DNA from: Curvularia clavata | Taxonomy: Eukaryota | DNA length: 64,000 nucleotides | Assembly (NCBI GenBank): GCA_023920165.1 | Contig: CP089274.1 | Span: 1,674,001-1,738,000, forward strand | Direction: 5' to 3' | Shown here: positions 1-12,119 of the stretch, one piece after another | Numbering within the stretch: position 1 is the stretch's first letter | Layout: every line of letters begins with the position of its first letter | Position numbers and translations under genes: made by a program | Notes under the pieces: model-generated | What the model was told of the DNA's origin: nothing | Seen by the model: only the letters and a program-made list of their open reading frames with translations | Databases searched by the model: none

Positions 1-520
1 TGACCATGCTCATGTCCTTCATGACTACAATGTCAAACTCCTCATCGTCAAAGGGCAAGGGCAACTTGCGCAGATCATGCTGCACGAATTTCCAGTCGAT
101 GCCTTGGCGCTGCAGGTCTCCAGCTACATGGACAATGTCCAATCCGGTAAAGGAGACGTCTTCGTAGCCCTGGCCTGGCCATGGTCAGCAACGTCGCCAA
201 CGTCAGCAGCTGTACGTACCGCTCAGCCATTCATGGCATACAGCCGACCAGTATCCGGAGCCGCATGCGACTTCCAAGACCTTTTTCGGAGCCTGGGTGG
301 GCGTCGAGCCGAGGGCCCTACCAAAGACGGCCTTGGCCAGGAGCGTCTGCAGATTCTGGCGGTGGAGTTCGGGGAGGTCGCATGGTAGCGGGTAGTATTG
401 GGCGTTTCGGATGTATCGTCGGCCGTGGCGCAGGGTAAAAGGCTCGTTGGGGAGGCCGGCGGCGTCGTCCTTTGTGAATTGGGTGGAGCTGCTGGACATG
501 GAGCCCCTGGTGATGTCCAT
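1..520 (-). CDS. SAM-dependent methyltransferase (LaeA/Methyltransf_23-like), runs off the window start
   Basis: YPLPCDLPELHRQ and motif I VLEVACGSGYW. After an intron (~170-219, GTACGT...CAG) it continues FTGLDIV...LPLPFDDEEFDIV. Start codon uncertain. Confidence 0.8.
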
Positions 521-2270
521 TGTGCTGAGGTGGCGGGTGGCAGACGAGGCGCCAGTCGAAGACGCAGAAATGGTTCTACCCAGAGCGTCTGTCGTGGTCA
601 GATCCCATTGCTTTGCTTCGACAGTCTTGGGCCGAGAGGGAGGGCTGGCCGTAGGGTTGGCGCCGTAATAGCGGTACTGGCAGGTAGATTAGCGACGGGC
701 GGTTTGAGATGGCGTGTCAGCAGGAGAAGCTTGCCAGCTGCCAGTCTCCCATCGAAACCGTCTGGAAACGTGATTAGAGTTATCCAGCCTACTCCCGACC
801 CTAGCCCCACTGTTTTAGCGGGAGCGTGATATTGCGCTCGTCCGTCCCTAGTCGAGTCGTCTGATAAGCACGTGTAGGCGAGTCAGCAATTAATGAGCGG
901 GACAGCAGCAGCAGGCGGGCGCGGTCGTGGTAATCACAGTGGACAAGAGCGGACGCGGACGAAGACGAGGACGAGGACGACGAGGGGTTGCAGCATGGCG
1001 TGCGCGTGAATCTGTCTACATGAGTAATAGGAGCGAGGAATGGACCCGGATGTACAAGGCGGGCCAGGTGAGGAGCTCTAGAGCGTGCCGAGGAGACATC
1101 TCCAATCACCGCGTGCGGCCGTGTGATGCCCCCGGATTTTCAATGGCAGTAACTTGCTGGGCGGCGCTGTGGGTGCCGCGACCGAGCAGCTCTGGACGGC
1201 GCCGTATGCATGGGCGCGGCATCAGCCGAAGGTGCGCGCGCGCTGCAGGTCATTGCATGCTTTGCGTGGGGAGAGCGCCTCAAGGCTGGTGTCGTAGCAA
1301 TGTGTCTCCCAGGTGGTTGTGCCTGGGACCGCGCCTGGGCTGCTACTGCCATGTACATTGCTGCCATTGCTAAGTGCTATTGGCGCATCATTCCCATGGC
1401 CCTCGTGGGCTCGTATGTGTGTCCATGTATTTGTGCGTGCAGAGCCTCCCGCTGCCCCCTCCCTTCTCCAAGTCGGCCAGCTCTCCAGCGAACATGGCCT
1501 CTGCAGAGCGACACGCGCAGCCCAGCTCGAAGACAAGACGCTGACCATGCCCGCCCCGGCGCAGACACTCAGTACGTATGCGGCCAGCTGTGCGGTTTCA
1601 GGACACCAGATCGACGCTGCCACCATGTCACGTGCACCCTCTAGCGGCGCCCCCCATGGATCGGGCAAGGTTCGACTGTCGGTCTTCACGTATCGCATCA
1701 CTACGCTCTCTATTCTTCACAGCGCTGCACTTGGTCCCTCTCCTCGTCCGTCTGGCACAATTGCGATTATACGCCAATTCTGCGCGCCCCACGACAGGCT
1801 CAGCTCTTGTATGTACACGGCTTTCCACCCGCTTCCACCCACGCCCGCTGCAGCTCCAGCCTCTTGATATTCCCCGCCCTATGGACATAGCAGCTGACAA
1901 CTCCAGAACCATACCCTGCCGATATATCAATACCAGCCAGCGCTCTCGCTCCCGCCGTCAACTGCAAACACGCCTTGCCTCGAGCCATCCCGCCCGCCGC
2001 TCTCGCTCACTGCAGAGTCCCCGCTTTCATACTACACTCACTCGTGAACCGTCGGGGGCCTCTAGTACATGGTGCACGGGTCCCGCGTTTGCTAGTGTGT
2101 GCTCATGTCGAGGACTCGTACGGGCGCCCATGTTAAAACGAAGAAGATCGTTTGCCCGTCTCCTACCGCCTACCCGACGCCTTCACTAGCCATAGCGACC
2201 TGGGGCTTTCACTCTTCATCCACACGGCCGCCTGCGGACCCCTCGAAACAACCTACTGGAACTCCCTTAG

Positions 2271-4605
2271 ATGGCTGAGTATTCAGTCTACCCCAGGGGA
2301 ACCGGTCAATCCTTTTTTCCACGACACACGCAAAACACTCGAAACCTTCCCACCCGCGCGCGGTCACCCACAACCAGTGCCCGCATCCCTTTCAACAACC
2401 CCGACACCCCTTCTCCAGCGCGATCCCCCGGGCGCCAATCGTCTCCGCAGCAGTTCGGCATGTTCAACCAGGGCCATGGGCATCAGGGCCACAACGTCAT
2501 GATGAACGGGCGGGCAGGGCAGCAAAACTACGCTGCCATGCAAATGGGCCTTGGCAAGCCTTTTCAACACAATCAGCACCATCAACACCAACACCAGCAT
2601 CACCAGCAGCACCAAGACCTCACGGCTAACAGCCATGTTGGGCAATACAACCACCAGCACACCATCTCGAGTGGGGGCATGTCCAACGTTCAGCCCCACT
2701 TCACCCCTGGACACCTCCAGAATGGCACTCCGGGCAGCGTCCACAGCGGACTTAACAAGCCGCAGACTGAGCATTGGCAAGAGCAACTCAAGTTGCATCA
2801 AACCGCGCGTGAAATGACACAAGCCCACTCGCACGCAAGAATTCATCCGAGTGTCAGCAAGAGTATCGTAGCTGGAACAACCAATGGGATGCAGAAAGAG
2901 GCGGACAAGGAGGAGCGCAATCGGCCTGCCGCTCAGCGAGCAGAGGACTCGAAGGATCAACATATTTGGACAATCTTGGACTTTGGTGGACAGAACCTAA
3001 AAGTCATCACGCCTGCGCTCTTCGCTTACACCTTTCTGACGAAGCTCTACCTCAATGCCAATAAGCTCACGTTTGTTCACCAAAAGATTGGACAGCTACG
3101 GCATCTCACACATCTGGACCTGTCGCTAAATAACCTACAATACCTGCCCCCAGAGATTGGCATGCTCGTGAACCTCAAGCAACTGTTGTTATTCGACAAT
3201 CACATTGAGAATCTACCATACGAATTGGGGTCGCTGTATCAGTTGGAGATGCTTGGCATCGAAGGAAACCCAATTCCCGATGATCTGAAGCAGATTATCA
3301 TGGAACAAGGCACGAGCGAACTCATTAAGCACTTCCGTGAGAATGCCCCTGGGCCCGAGGCGCCGCCCGAGCGCGACTGGATTGTGCTCGACGAAATTCA
3401 GGACACATCTCAGGAAACTGTCAGCGCGCTGAGTTACAATATTTTGTGCGACAAGTACTGTACGCAGTCACAGTATGGTTACACGCCCAGCTCAGCGCTT
3501 GCTTGGGAAAGTCGCAGAGAGCTTATTTTGGCTGAACTGCGTGAGCGCGACGCGGACATTGTCTGCTTGCAAGAGATTGATCAGGAGAGCTTCAATGAGT
3601 TCTTCCGAGCGGCGCTGGCTCACAACGATTATAAAGGAGTGTTTTGGCCGAAATCGAGAGCACGAACAATGGCTGAAAGAGAAGCCAAGCTTGTTGATGG
3701 GTGTGCCATCTTCTATAAAAACAGCAAGTAAGTGTGCAGAGTGGAGCATGTATGTGTCAAAGCAAATCACTAACTGGTAAAGATACATTTTGCTCGACAA
3801 GCAACTCATCGACTTTGCCAACACAGCCATTAATCGACCTGACATGAAGGGCGAACACGACATCTTCAATCGCGTCATGCCACGAGACGACATTGGGGTG
3901 CTTGCATTCCTAGAAAACCGAGCCACTGGATCAAGATTCATCATAGGCAACGTACACGTTTTCTGGAACCCCGCGTTCCAAGACGTGAAGCTCGTGCAAG
4001 TTGCCATTCTGATGGAAGGAATCACAAAGTTTGCGACACAGTGGACGAAGCACCCACCTTGTACGAACAAAGTGGTGTATCAGTTTACCAACGGTGACAA
4101 AGACGAAGCCGAACCAGATCCAACCCAGGAGCCAGGACCGTCAAAAGTGTATACTGACCCCGCCGACATCCCAGTCTTGCTGTGCGGTGACTTCAACTCG
4201 CTGCCGTCGTCTGGTGTGTACGATCTCATTACCAATGGCAACATTTCGAATGTCCATGCAGACTTGGGTAGCCGCAAATATGGTAACTTCACTCGAGACG
4301 GAATCTCCCATCCTTTTAGCCTAAAGTCTAGCTACGCATCCATTGGCGAGCTGGCGTTTACCAACTACGTTCCACACTTCCAGGGAGTGTTGGACTATAT
4401 CTGGTACTCTACCAACACTTTGCAAGTGGTTGGCTTGCTTGGCGACATTGACAAGGGCTACCTCCAGCGGGTACCAGGATTTCCAAACTACCACTTTCCC
4501 AGCGACCACGTGGCTTTGTACGCACAGTATATTGTCAAGAATCGCAAAGAAGCCAAGAAGGTGTCCGAAGTCGACTTTGGGCCGAGTCGAGATCGAAGAA
4601 ACTGA
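2271..4605 (+). CDS. CCR4: CCR4-NOT deadenylase subunit (LRR + EEP nuclease)
   Basis: Q/H-rich N-terminus, LRRs (LTHLDLSLNNLQYLPPEIG), and EEP motifs SYNILCD, CLQE, LCGDFNS, LDYIWY, PSDH. One intron, 3728-3782. Confidence 0.96.
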
Positions 4606-5461
4606 TCCATATCGAGTCGGTCCGCCTCTGGGCATGTCCATAGGCTTGTGGTGTAGCTTTCTCCATCGTTTGCAGGCGTCATTTGCTCGGTGTTCGGTTG
4701 CTGTCGACGACTCACGTTGTTTGGGCGCTTTGTGATGACAATTCAGATTTGGCAATGGCAGGGTGAGTGGCTCAATAGACGGTGTGCGGTCTGATCATCT
4801 TGCTGGGACAATGGGCAAAGCCAGCGGCTAGTGCGCCAATCTCAAATGGATGTTTGTTGTTCTACGCCTAGAACACGCTTTTCTTTGGTAGCCCGTCGGC
4901 GGCGGAAGGACTAGTACTCTCTTTTCGGTTTGCGAAGTGTTTGGTTGGTTCTGCGACAGGTGTTTCGCGATATGGGTTCTTTTTGATCTAGTTTCTGGGG
5001 TTCTCTTGCGTTCTTCCTTTCTGCATTGTATCAACTAGGTAGTCGTTTCCTCCCCCTTAAAAAAAAGGCCGAGTCCGCCTGCTTTCGAGCTCGCCCGACT
5101 GCGGTTTTATCTGTTCAAGACACGACTATGACATCTAGTGCGGGTAGAATGACACGGTGCTACCAAGCGAGCGTTGGAGTAGGTACAACGTTGTAACGGT
5201 GAGTCCACAGCCACCAGTGGCGTCATGAGGCGGTATGAGCAGCGACGATTCGCTGAAGCGGCGAGGAGCAGGCGCAGGCTAGCTCGCGAGGTGAGGGGGA
5301 CGTCTTAGACTCGCTTGACCGCCGCCGCGACCGGGCCCACTTGGACAGCATCAACGTGCGCTCCTGGATAAGTTCCCCCAGAGCCGCGCAACACGTAACC
5401 CCTTGCAAACTCGTTACACCCTTCTTGCATACGTTTGCTTTTTGTCCAAATACAAGACGCC

Positions 5462-6716
5462 ATGGCAGCTGCAGCACCCACCACTGAGCTGAAGCTTGAC
5501 CCCAAGTACGACGACTACGACTATCCCACTGTTTCTCCCACCGCTCAGAGTGGACACCCCGGCCATACCACGCCAGAGCAAGATGCACAGCTGGTCCAAC
5601 TGAGGACTGCCCTGGAGCAGGCTGGCTACACCAAAAACCTCGACACTTTGACGCTGGTATGTTGCTGAGTATTTGTACGGGCTACCAGACCCCTATGCTA
5701 AACCTCTGCTAGCTGCGATTCCTCCGCGCACGAAAGTTCGATGTCGAGGCCGCCAAAAAGATGTGAGTGTACACAGTCACAAGATACGAAAGAGGGGAGA
5801 GAGGAGCACAGGGACAGTCCGACTGACACGCTCCAGGTTCATTGACTGCGAGAAGTGGAGAAGCGAGTACGCTGGCGTCGGTGTCGAGGAGCTCGTCCGA
5901 ACTTTTGACTACAAGGAGCGGCCCGAGGTTTTCAAGTACTATCCCCAGTACTACCACAAGACTGACAAGGTATGCCTATACTGTGCTTCAACAGCGCTGC
6001 ACTTGACCAAACCGCGATTCACAAGCAGACCGCTAATTGCTTCACAGGATGGCCGCCCGCTCTACATTGAGCAGCTCGGCAACGTCGACCTCACCGCGCT
6101 TGGTAAGATTACTACTCAAGAGCGTATGATCCAGAACCTCGTCTGCGAATACGAAAAGATGGCCGACCCGCGCCTTCCAGCCTGCTCCCGCAAGTCTGGC
6201 TACCTCCTTGAAACATCGTGCACAATTATGGACCTGAAGGGTGTTGGTATCTCCAAGGCGACTTCTGTGTACGGCTACCTAGGCGCCGTCTCGGCCATCA
6301 GTCAGAACTACTACCCCGAGCGTCTGGGCAAGATGTACATCATCAATGCCCCCTGGGGTTTCTCGGGTGTCTTCAGCGTCGTCAAGAAGTTCCTTGACCC
6401 TGTGACAAGTGCCAAGATTCACGTCCTGGGCAGCGGCTACAAGAAGGAGCTGTTGGAGCAGGTCCCTGCCGAGAACCTGCCCAAGGAATTTGGTGGATCG
6501 TGCGAGTGTGAGAAGGGTTGTCAGCTGAGTGACGCGGGCCCATGGTGGGATTCCCAGTGGGTCAGGGAGCCCAAGTGGGCAAAGAAGAGCGAGGACAATG
6601 CAATTAACAACACTGCTCTTCCTGGTCCAATGGAAGGTACTGCACCTGCTGCTGCGGCGCCCGCTGCACCTGTCGACACCGAGCCTGCCACCGCACCTGC
6701 ACCAGCCACTACCTAG
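5462..6716 (+). CDS. SEC14: Sec14 phosphatidylinositol/phosphatidylcholine transfer protein
   Basis: LRFLRARKFDV, YYPQYYHKTDKDGRP, SQNYYPERLGKMYIINAPWGFS. Introns ~5657-5712, 5763-5836 and 5970-6047. Confidence 0.95.
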
Positions 6717-6946
6717 TAGATTCGCGCGCGGGCGGACAATGATGCTGTTGACAGCTTTTCAGAGTACAAGAAATTCTCGCAATATAGTGGTAGCATAGTA
6801 TGCTGGATGGATCGAGTGCGAGAATATCAGGTATAGACACAAGAAGCTCATATTCACTCTTAGAACTGGGAGCGTATCCTCTAATTTTACAACTATTGGT
6901 GAAGACGCCGCGCAAGTGACAATACATTCGGCTTCCTGGAATTTCA

Positions 6947-8043
6947 TCATATATACCTGCCTTCGGGATCCAACTTGTCCATCAACTCCATAGATTTCTC
7001 GTACATGGTAAAAACGATGCCACCGCTGAGAATCAATCGACCTAACCGTGGCAGAGCTCCGGCCCAAAATGTAAGGAGACCCTCGTCTCTGAAAATCTTG
7101 ACTGCGCAGTCAAAGCTGTTCTTGTAGGAACTTCGTGCCTCCAACGACTGCATACGCGTCTTGACAGTATCGATGGGCATGGTCGTGTAGACGGTGACTA
7201 TGCCGGCCAATCCTCCAAGTCCAAAAGTGCTGACAGCTCCGAGCTTCTCTCCTGGGGCAACATAGGATTGCGCCAACTGCTTGAACGAAGTGTAACTTGA
7301 AAAGCGTACGGCCGAGTTGGCGGCCTGTCGTGCCGTGGTTGGGAGGAAGCCCTGAAAGAAACCCCGGATTCCTTTTTCTTGTGCAATGATTTTCGATCCG
7401 TGAAGGAAGCCGCGCATACGAGGGTTCGTAGATTTACGGTCGTCGATCCTGTGGTAAGAGAGTCAGTGAAAAGCAGGCGAACGAAACAGGACATACGCAC
7501 AGTTGCGTCTTGATGCTCTCAAAGGGCGTTACTGCCAGCAACGACTCTGTGGCTCCAGCGCCAAAGCCAGCGATGACGGTTGCCGGGCCTGAAACCTTAC
7601 CCTCTGCGTCTGCCAGCAAGCTTTTGTACATGTCAAATGCGACGAATCCTGGACACGTTGTGTCAGTACTACAAGCCAACCAACCGTTTTGGAACGCACT
7701 TATTCCAGCTTTGAGCGAATTGCCAATGATCAGTGTCGTGCAACCCGCGTACCATTGCTTGCCAAACGGCGGCCATGGCAGCTTCTTTCCATCTGGTAGT
7801 CTCCGGTTGAGCTGTGACCGTGTCTTTGCGACTAAATTCGAGTGAGCACCGTGTTTGCGGTCGGGGTAGAACAAGTTCGGGGCATACACTCAGCAGGATA
7901 CGTGATTGCTATATTAGAGTCAGTACCGTCTTGTCCGCAGTCGGAGGATGAACTTTACAAATTTCCACAGCACCAGCAGTCGCGCCTGCCAAAATGGAGC
8001 GCATGGCACTCGGCTTCTTCTTCTCCGATGGTGCAGCCGCCAT
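6947..8043 (-). CDS. CTP1: Mitochondrial carrier, citrate/tricarboxylate transporter
   Basis: Three PX[DE]XX[KR] carrier signatures (YPAE.AKT, TPFESIKT, MPIDTVKT), ARQAANSAVRF and PRLGRL. Multi-exon. Confidence 0.85.
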
Positions 8044-8487
8044 GGTCCCTCGAATGGTCTCTATGGGGGTGGAGAGAGCAATCGGGCACTGCAATGATAA
8101 AGTCGACTTTTTTGCGTTCCCAGACTGCGTCCCTTAGTTGGCGTCTCAAGGCAGTGACGTAGTTCTGAAATGGAGCGCCAGTTCCAAATTACATCACAGG
8201 TATATGAGTTTAACTCAATTGCAGTGTTTAAGGAAGATGTAAACTTCGTCTGGTGTGCACGCCATGCCCAACTGACCGCGACCCTCGACCTGCACACGCC
8301 GAGACGGAGGTGAGCAGTTGGCGCCGCAATTCGGCGCCAAGCATCCCACCTGACATCAGCCTATCCCCGCGAGCTTGGGCCCTCGAAAAGTTACGCCTCC
8401 ACTACTACGCACTTGTCGCACTTCGTCTTTTCCACCCAATTGTCGCCATCCCATTTCTACAAACCTACCCGAACCCCTCCAAAAAAA

Positions 8488-9654
8488 ATGCTCGCTCTAC
8501 GAAACCTCGCCCGCACCGTCCCGCGATCGACCGCCCGCTTCTCCACTAAAGCCGTCCGCCCGCAGGCCGCTCTGCGCCAGACAGTCGCTTTCCAACCAGC
8601 ATGGACTGCCTCCGTACCTCGACTCACAGCCTCCTTCTCCATTTCTGCGGCGAGGAGGGAGGACAGTGGTGGTATGTGTTGTGTATCTGCAGAGTAGATG
8701 ACGCTTGCTGATGTAAATGACAGTCAATGAAGAGCTGGTTGCAAAGCTCCAGAGCGAAATCTCCATGGAGGAGAGCATGCAAGAGGATGAAGATCTCTCT
8801 GCCAACATCAAAGAATACCTTGATAACAGCCCCTTTGAGGTAGGCGCTTTGGCAACTTTGTCTACAGACGGCCAAAATGCTCACATGCATACAGATTGAA
8901 GATCAGGCCGGTAACCAGGAAGTTGTCCTCACCCGCACCTACAACGACGAAAAGATCCGCATAACCTTCACAACTGCCGACCTCAACAACAACCAGTCTG
9001 GCGACGAGTTCACCGAGGATAGCGCCATGTACGATGATGCCGACTTGGATGTGCAATCTGGAGGCGCCAACACCAAGGGTGCCATCAACCAGGGCAAGAC
9101 TCCAGATGGAAACATCCGTGTGGCACCCGAGGATCGCATTGCTCCCGCCGACCGCGAGGAGTTCGAGGACGACTACGAGAACGACGACCACCAGCAGGGC
9201 TTCCCCGCCCACGCAAGCATCCGTATTGAGCGTCCTGGCAAGGGCGCCCTGGCTATTGAAGCTACCGCCCAAGACGGCGATTTCCTCATCGAGGACCTCT
9301 ACTTCTTCCCATCGGCTGATCTGGCTGACCCTGCTACTGCTGAGAAAGATTGGGCAAGGCGCGCGCTATACACTGTATGTGCTCATAACTTGGCATTTGA
9401 ATTGTGTCAATCCTAATCTTGAACAGGGCCCTCCTTTCAACAACCTCGACGAAGACCTTCAAATTCTACTTGAGAAGTATCTCGAGGAGCGTGGCATCAA
9501 CACTCGCCTTGCGCTATTCATTCCTGACTACATTGATCACAAGGAGCAGAAAGAGTATGTCAGGTGGCTCAACAGTAAGTTACCCCGCATACATATGAGG
9601 AGATGGTGTCGGCACTAACAAGCACCATTAGACGTCAAGAACTTTGTCGCATAA
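8488..9654 (+). CDS. MAM33: Mitochondrial acidic matrix glycoprotein (MAM33/C1QBP family)
   Basis: Arg-rich presequence and the C-terminal YTGPPFNNLDEDLQILLEKYLEERGI...KEQKEYVRWL signature. Four introns. Confidence 0.92.
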
Positions 9655-10629
9655 GTTCAATCCGGCCGCTCAATAGCAGTTGGACAAGTACATCAGCACG
9701 ACGAAACTCCATTTTAATGGGGCTGGACCGAAGAGGTCAAGTTCCTCTTGTATTATCTCGTAACGCATCTCAATCCCCATTTGACGCTAGGTGCGTTGTT
9801 TTGTGTAAGATATTAAGATCCGTTCTTCAGGTTATATAGGTCTGCACGCAAAGATTGCTGGTTGCGGCCAAAAAAAAAGGAAGAAAGTTAGACTTAACCA
9901 TTCTTTTGACTGCTTGTTGCAATTTGAATCAAAATGCTTATGCACATGCTCTTGTGATTATAACTTTAACAGTACTCGGTTGCTAGGAGTATATAGCATT
10001 TAGTTACCTTGTCTTTGCTAATTCATACTCTTTCATCAAACGCAGTATTACTATGCCTTTTTTTCCATTGAGGATTTGTTTCGAGATGAAGAAGATATGA
10101 TCATGATGATGTATTTCGCTCCTATACATTTCGGTTATGCAACTAAACAAAGCTGTTCAAATGTATCAGTCACTGCATTTAACCACAACCAGTTTCCTTC
10201 TCTTGATGTATGCTGGCAAGACGCAAGGCTGTACTAGTGTTTTTCATTAGGAAGACTGTGAGTGAAGCATAATGCAACTCTCCGGGTCTCGAAACCAAGC
10301 TCTCTTTATAGAGAGAGAGAGAGAGAAAAGGGAAACATGGGAGACTATGTTAGAAGACTTATAGAGCCTCCTCATATGCCTTCGTCTTCTCAGCACCAAA
10401 TAATGCTGGATGCCCACTTGGTAATCGCTCATCAAGCAGGCCAGTTTGATGATTCCGGGATATACCAGTGGGGTCAAGCATACATGATCGTTTACGCCTT
10501 TGCTTTCTTCACACCCCTTTTGGCTTTCCGCTTCACGCCTCGTGTTAAGTACTTGGGCTGTTTAGCTTCTTGAGGAGATGATTTTGGACTCTTGTTTTCC
10601 GTAGTTGATGCAAGAGCTAAGATCTGGGG

Positions 10630-11412
10630 TTATGGTGAGCTTGGTGATGATGTATGTAGTAAAGACCTATTGGTACTTACGGAGATCCCTACGTCCCAAT
10701 TGGAGATGTCGGATGGGCAATCTGAAAGACTTGTTGAAGAGGAGGAAGAGCTACGTATCTTTTGGGCGGGGCTTTTCGGGGATGTGGCTGGGCTGCGGTT
10801 GTTCTCACCCACTACATGAGCGGCAGTAATTTCTCCAGAGGGGCCGGTGAGTGGAACAAAGTCTTCTTGCAAGGCTCGTTGATCAGGAGATGGAATGTCG
10901 CAGAGCCGGTAACATTCTTCCAGTGTCAAGTCCACCTTGTTTGCTCTAGCATAAAGTATCAGCATTCACTCTCAAAGAGACCAAAAAGATGCTATGAGAG
11001 ATGTCCACTTACTTGCTCGCAATCAAAGCACCTTCCATCTTCCCGATGAGATGGTCTCTGTCGACATGGCCACGAAACAACTCATTGCATCGAACAGTGA
11101 CGACGCTTTTGTTCCTTTTGGGATCCGGTGCAAATGTAAGGGTCTTGGCATTGATCCTAGATTCGTGCGCTGCCAGCATGCCGTCTGTTGTTTGTTGAGT
11201 GAATACCTCGGCGTCTTCCTTCACTTCCAGGGATAGTGGAGGCAATGGAGTTGGAGCGCGTGAACGAGGGTCATAGCAGTCAAATCCGCGATAAACTGGA
11301 GTGTGTTTGAGTATCTTGTCCACAAACAAACAAAAAAAATGTTGTTTCTATCTGCCCTTACCTCCCTTGTCGTCGACGAAGCCGTCCGAATCCCATTTGT
11401 AGGTTCCGTCAT
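10630..11412 (-). CDS. Hypothetical orphan protein or degenerate gene; exon structure unresolved
   Basis: Three consecutive same-strand ORFs (11221-11412, 11009-11329, 10630-10965) with plausible GTAAG donors. No recognisable domain. Confidence 0.3.
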
Positions 11413-12119
11413 AGAACTTTCGTGAGCGTTTGCTTAGGCTTCGGGAACTAGGCAACGATATTGGTGGCGCGTCAGAACCGGTCATGTTTTCACGATACTT
11501 TTTAGTGTGCTTTACCCAGAGCCCGAAAAATTGAGAAAGTGGGTTGTTGTTGAGTAGTGGAAATGACTGCGAGAGGACAATTATTTGTGGACCACTGTGA
11601 ATGCTACTTGATACTAGAGTAATATTGGGGCGGTTTGTGAGTGAGAGAGGAACTTATCAGTGGCCTTGGAGCTTGAAAGCCCACCTACCATATCGTGTAA
11701 GAGCAACCGCCAACACTAAATGATGTGTCTCTCTGATTGAATGAGTATGGCCCGTGAGATTGCAACTAGACGATGAATGACACTGGGCAGCAAACGCAAA
11801 GGAGTCACGTGTTAAAAGTGATATATCTAGGATTTTGTGACAGCAGTGAGAGCATAAGACAGCGGTACACGCTAAAAAGGTACATGCCCAAATACAAACG
11901 CCTTCCAACCCTGTCTTTTGCGAGCCAGATGGCTTTCCACAACGCCCACTAAGGGTATCGTACAAGTAGCTAAACAGATACAGGAGAAGAGGGAAATGAA
12001 AACAGGAGCTAGCCAAAAGGCTTCGGAGGAAGCCTCGTTCGCGGATAGAAAAACAGGGAACATCTATGTACCCCACGATGATTAGAAGTCTAAGAGTCGT
12101 TGGGGCCGAAGACAGGGTG

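Noticed and set aside
830..2270. Many overlapping 60-200 aa ORFs between the methyltransferase and CCR4
   Set aside because: GC-rich divergent promoter/UTR region; no domain motifs or consistent coding frame.
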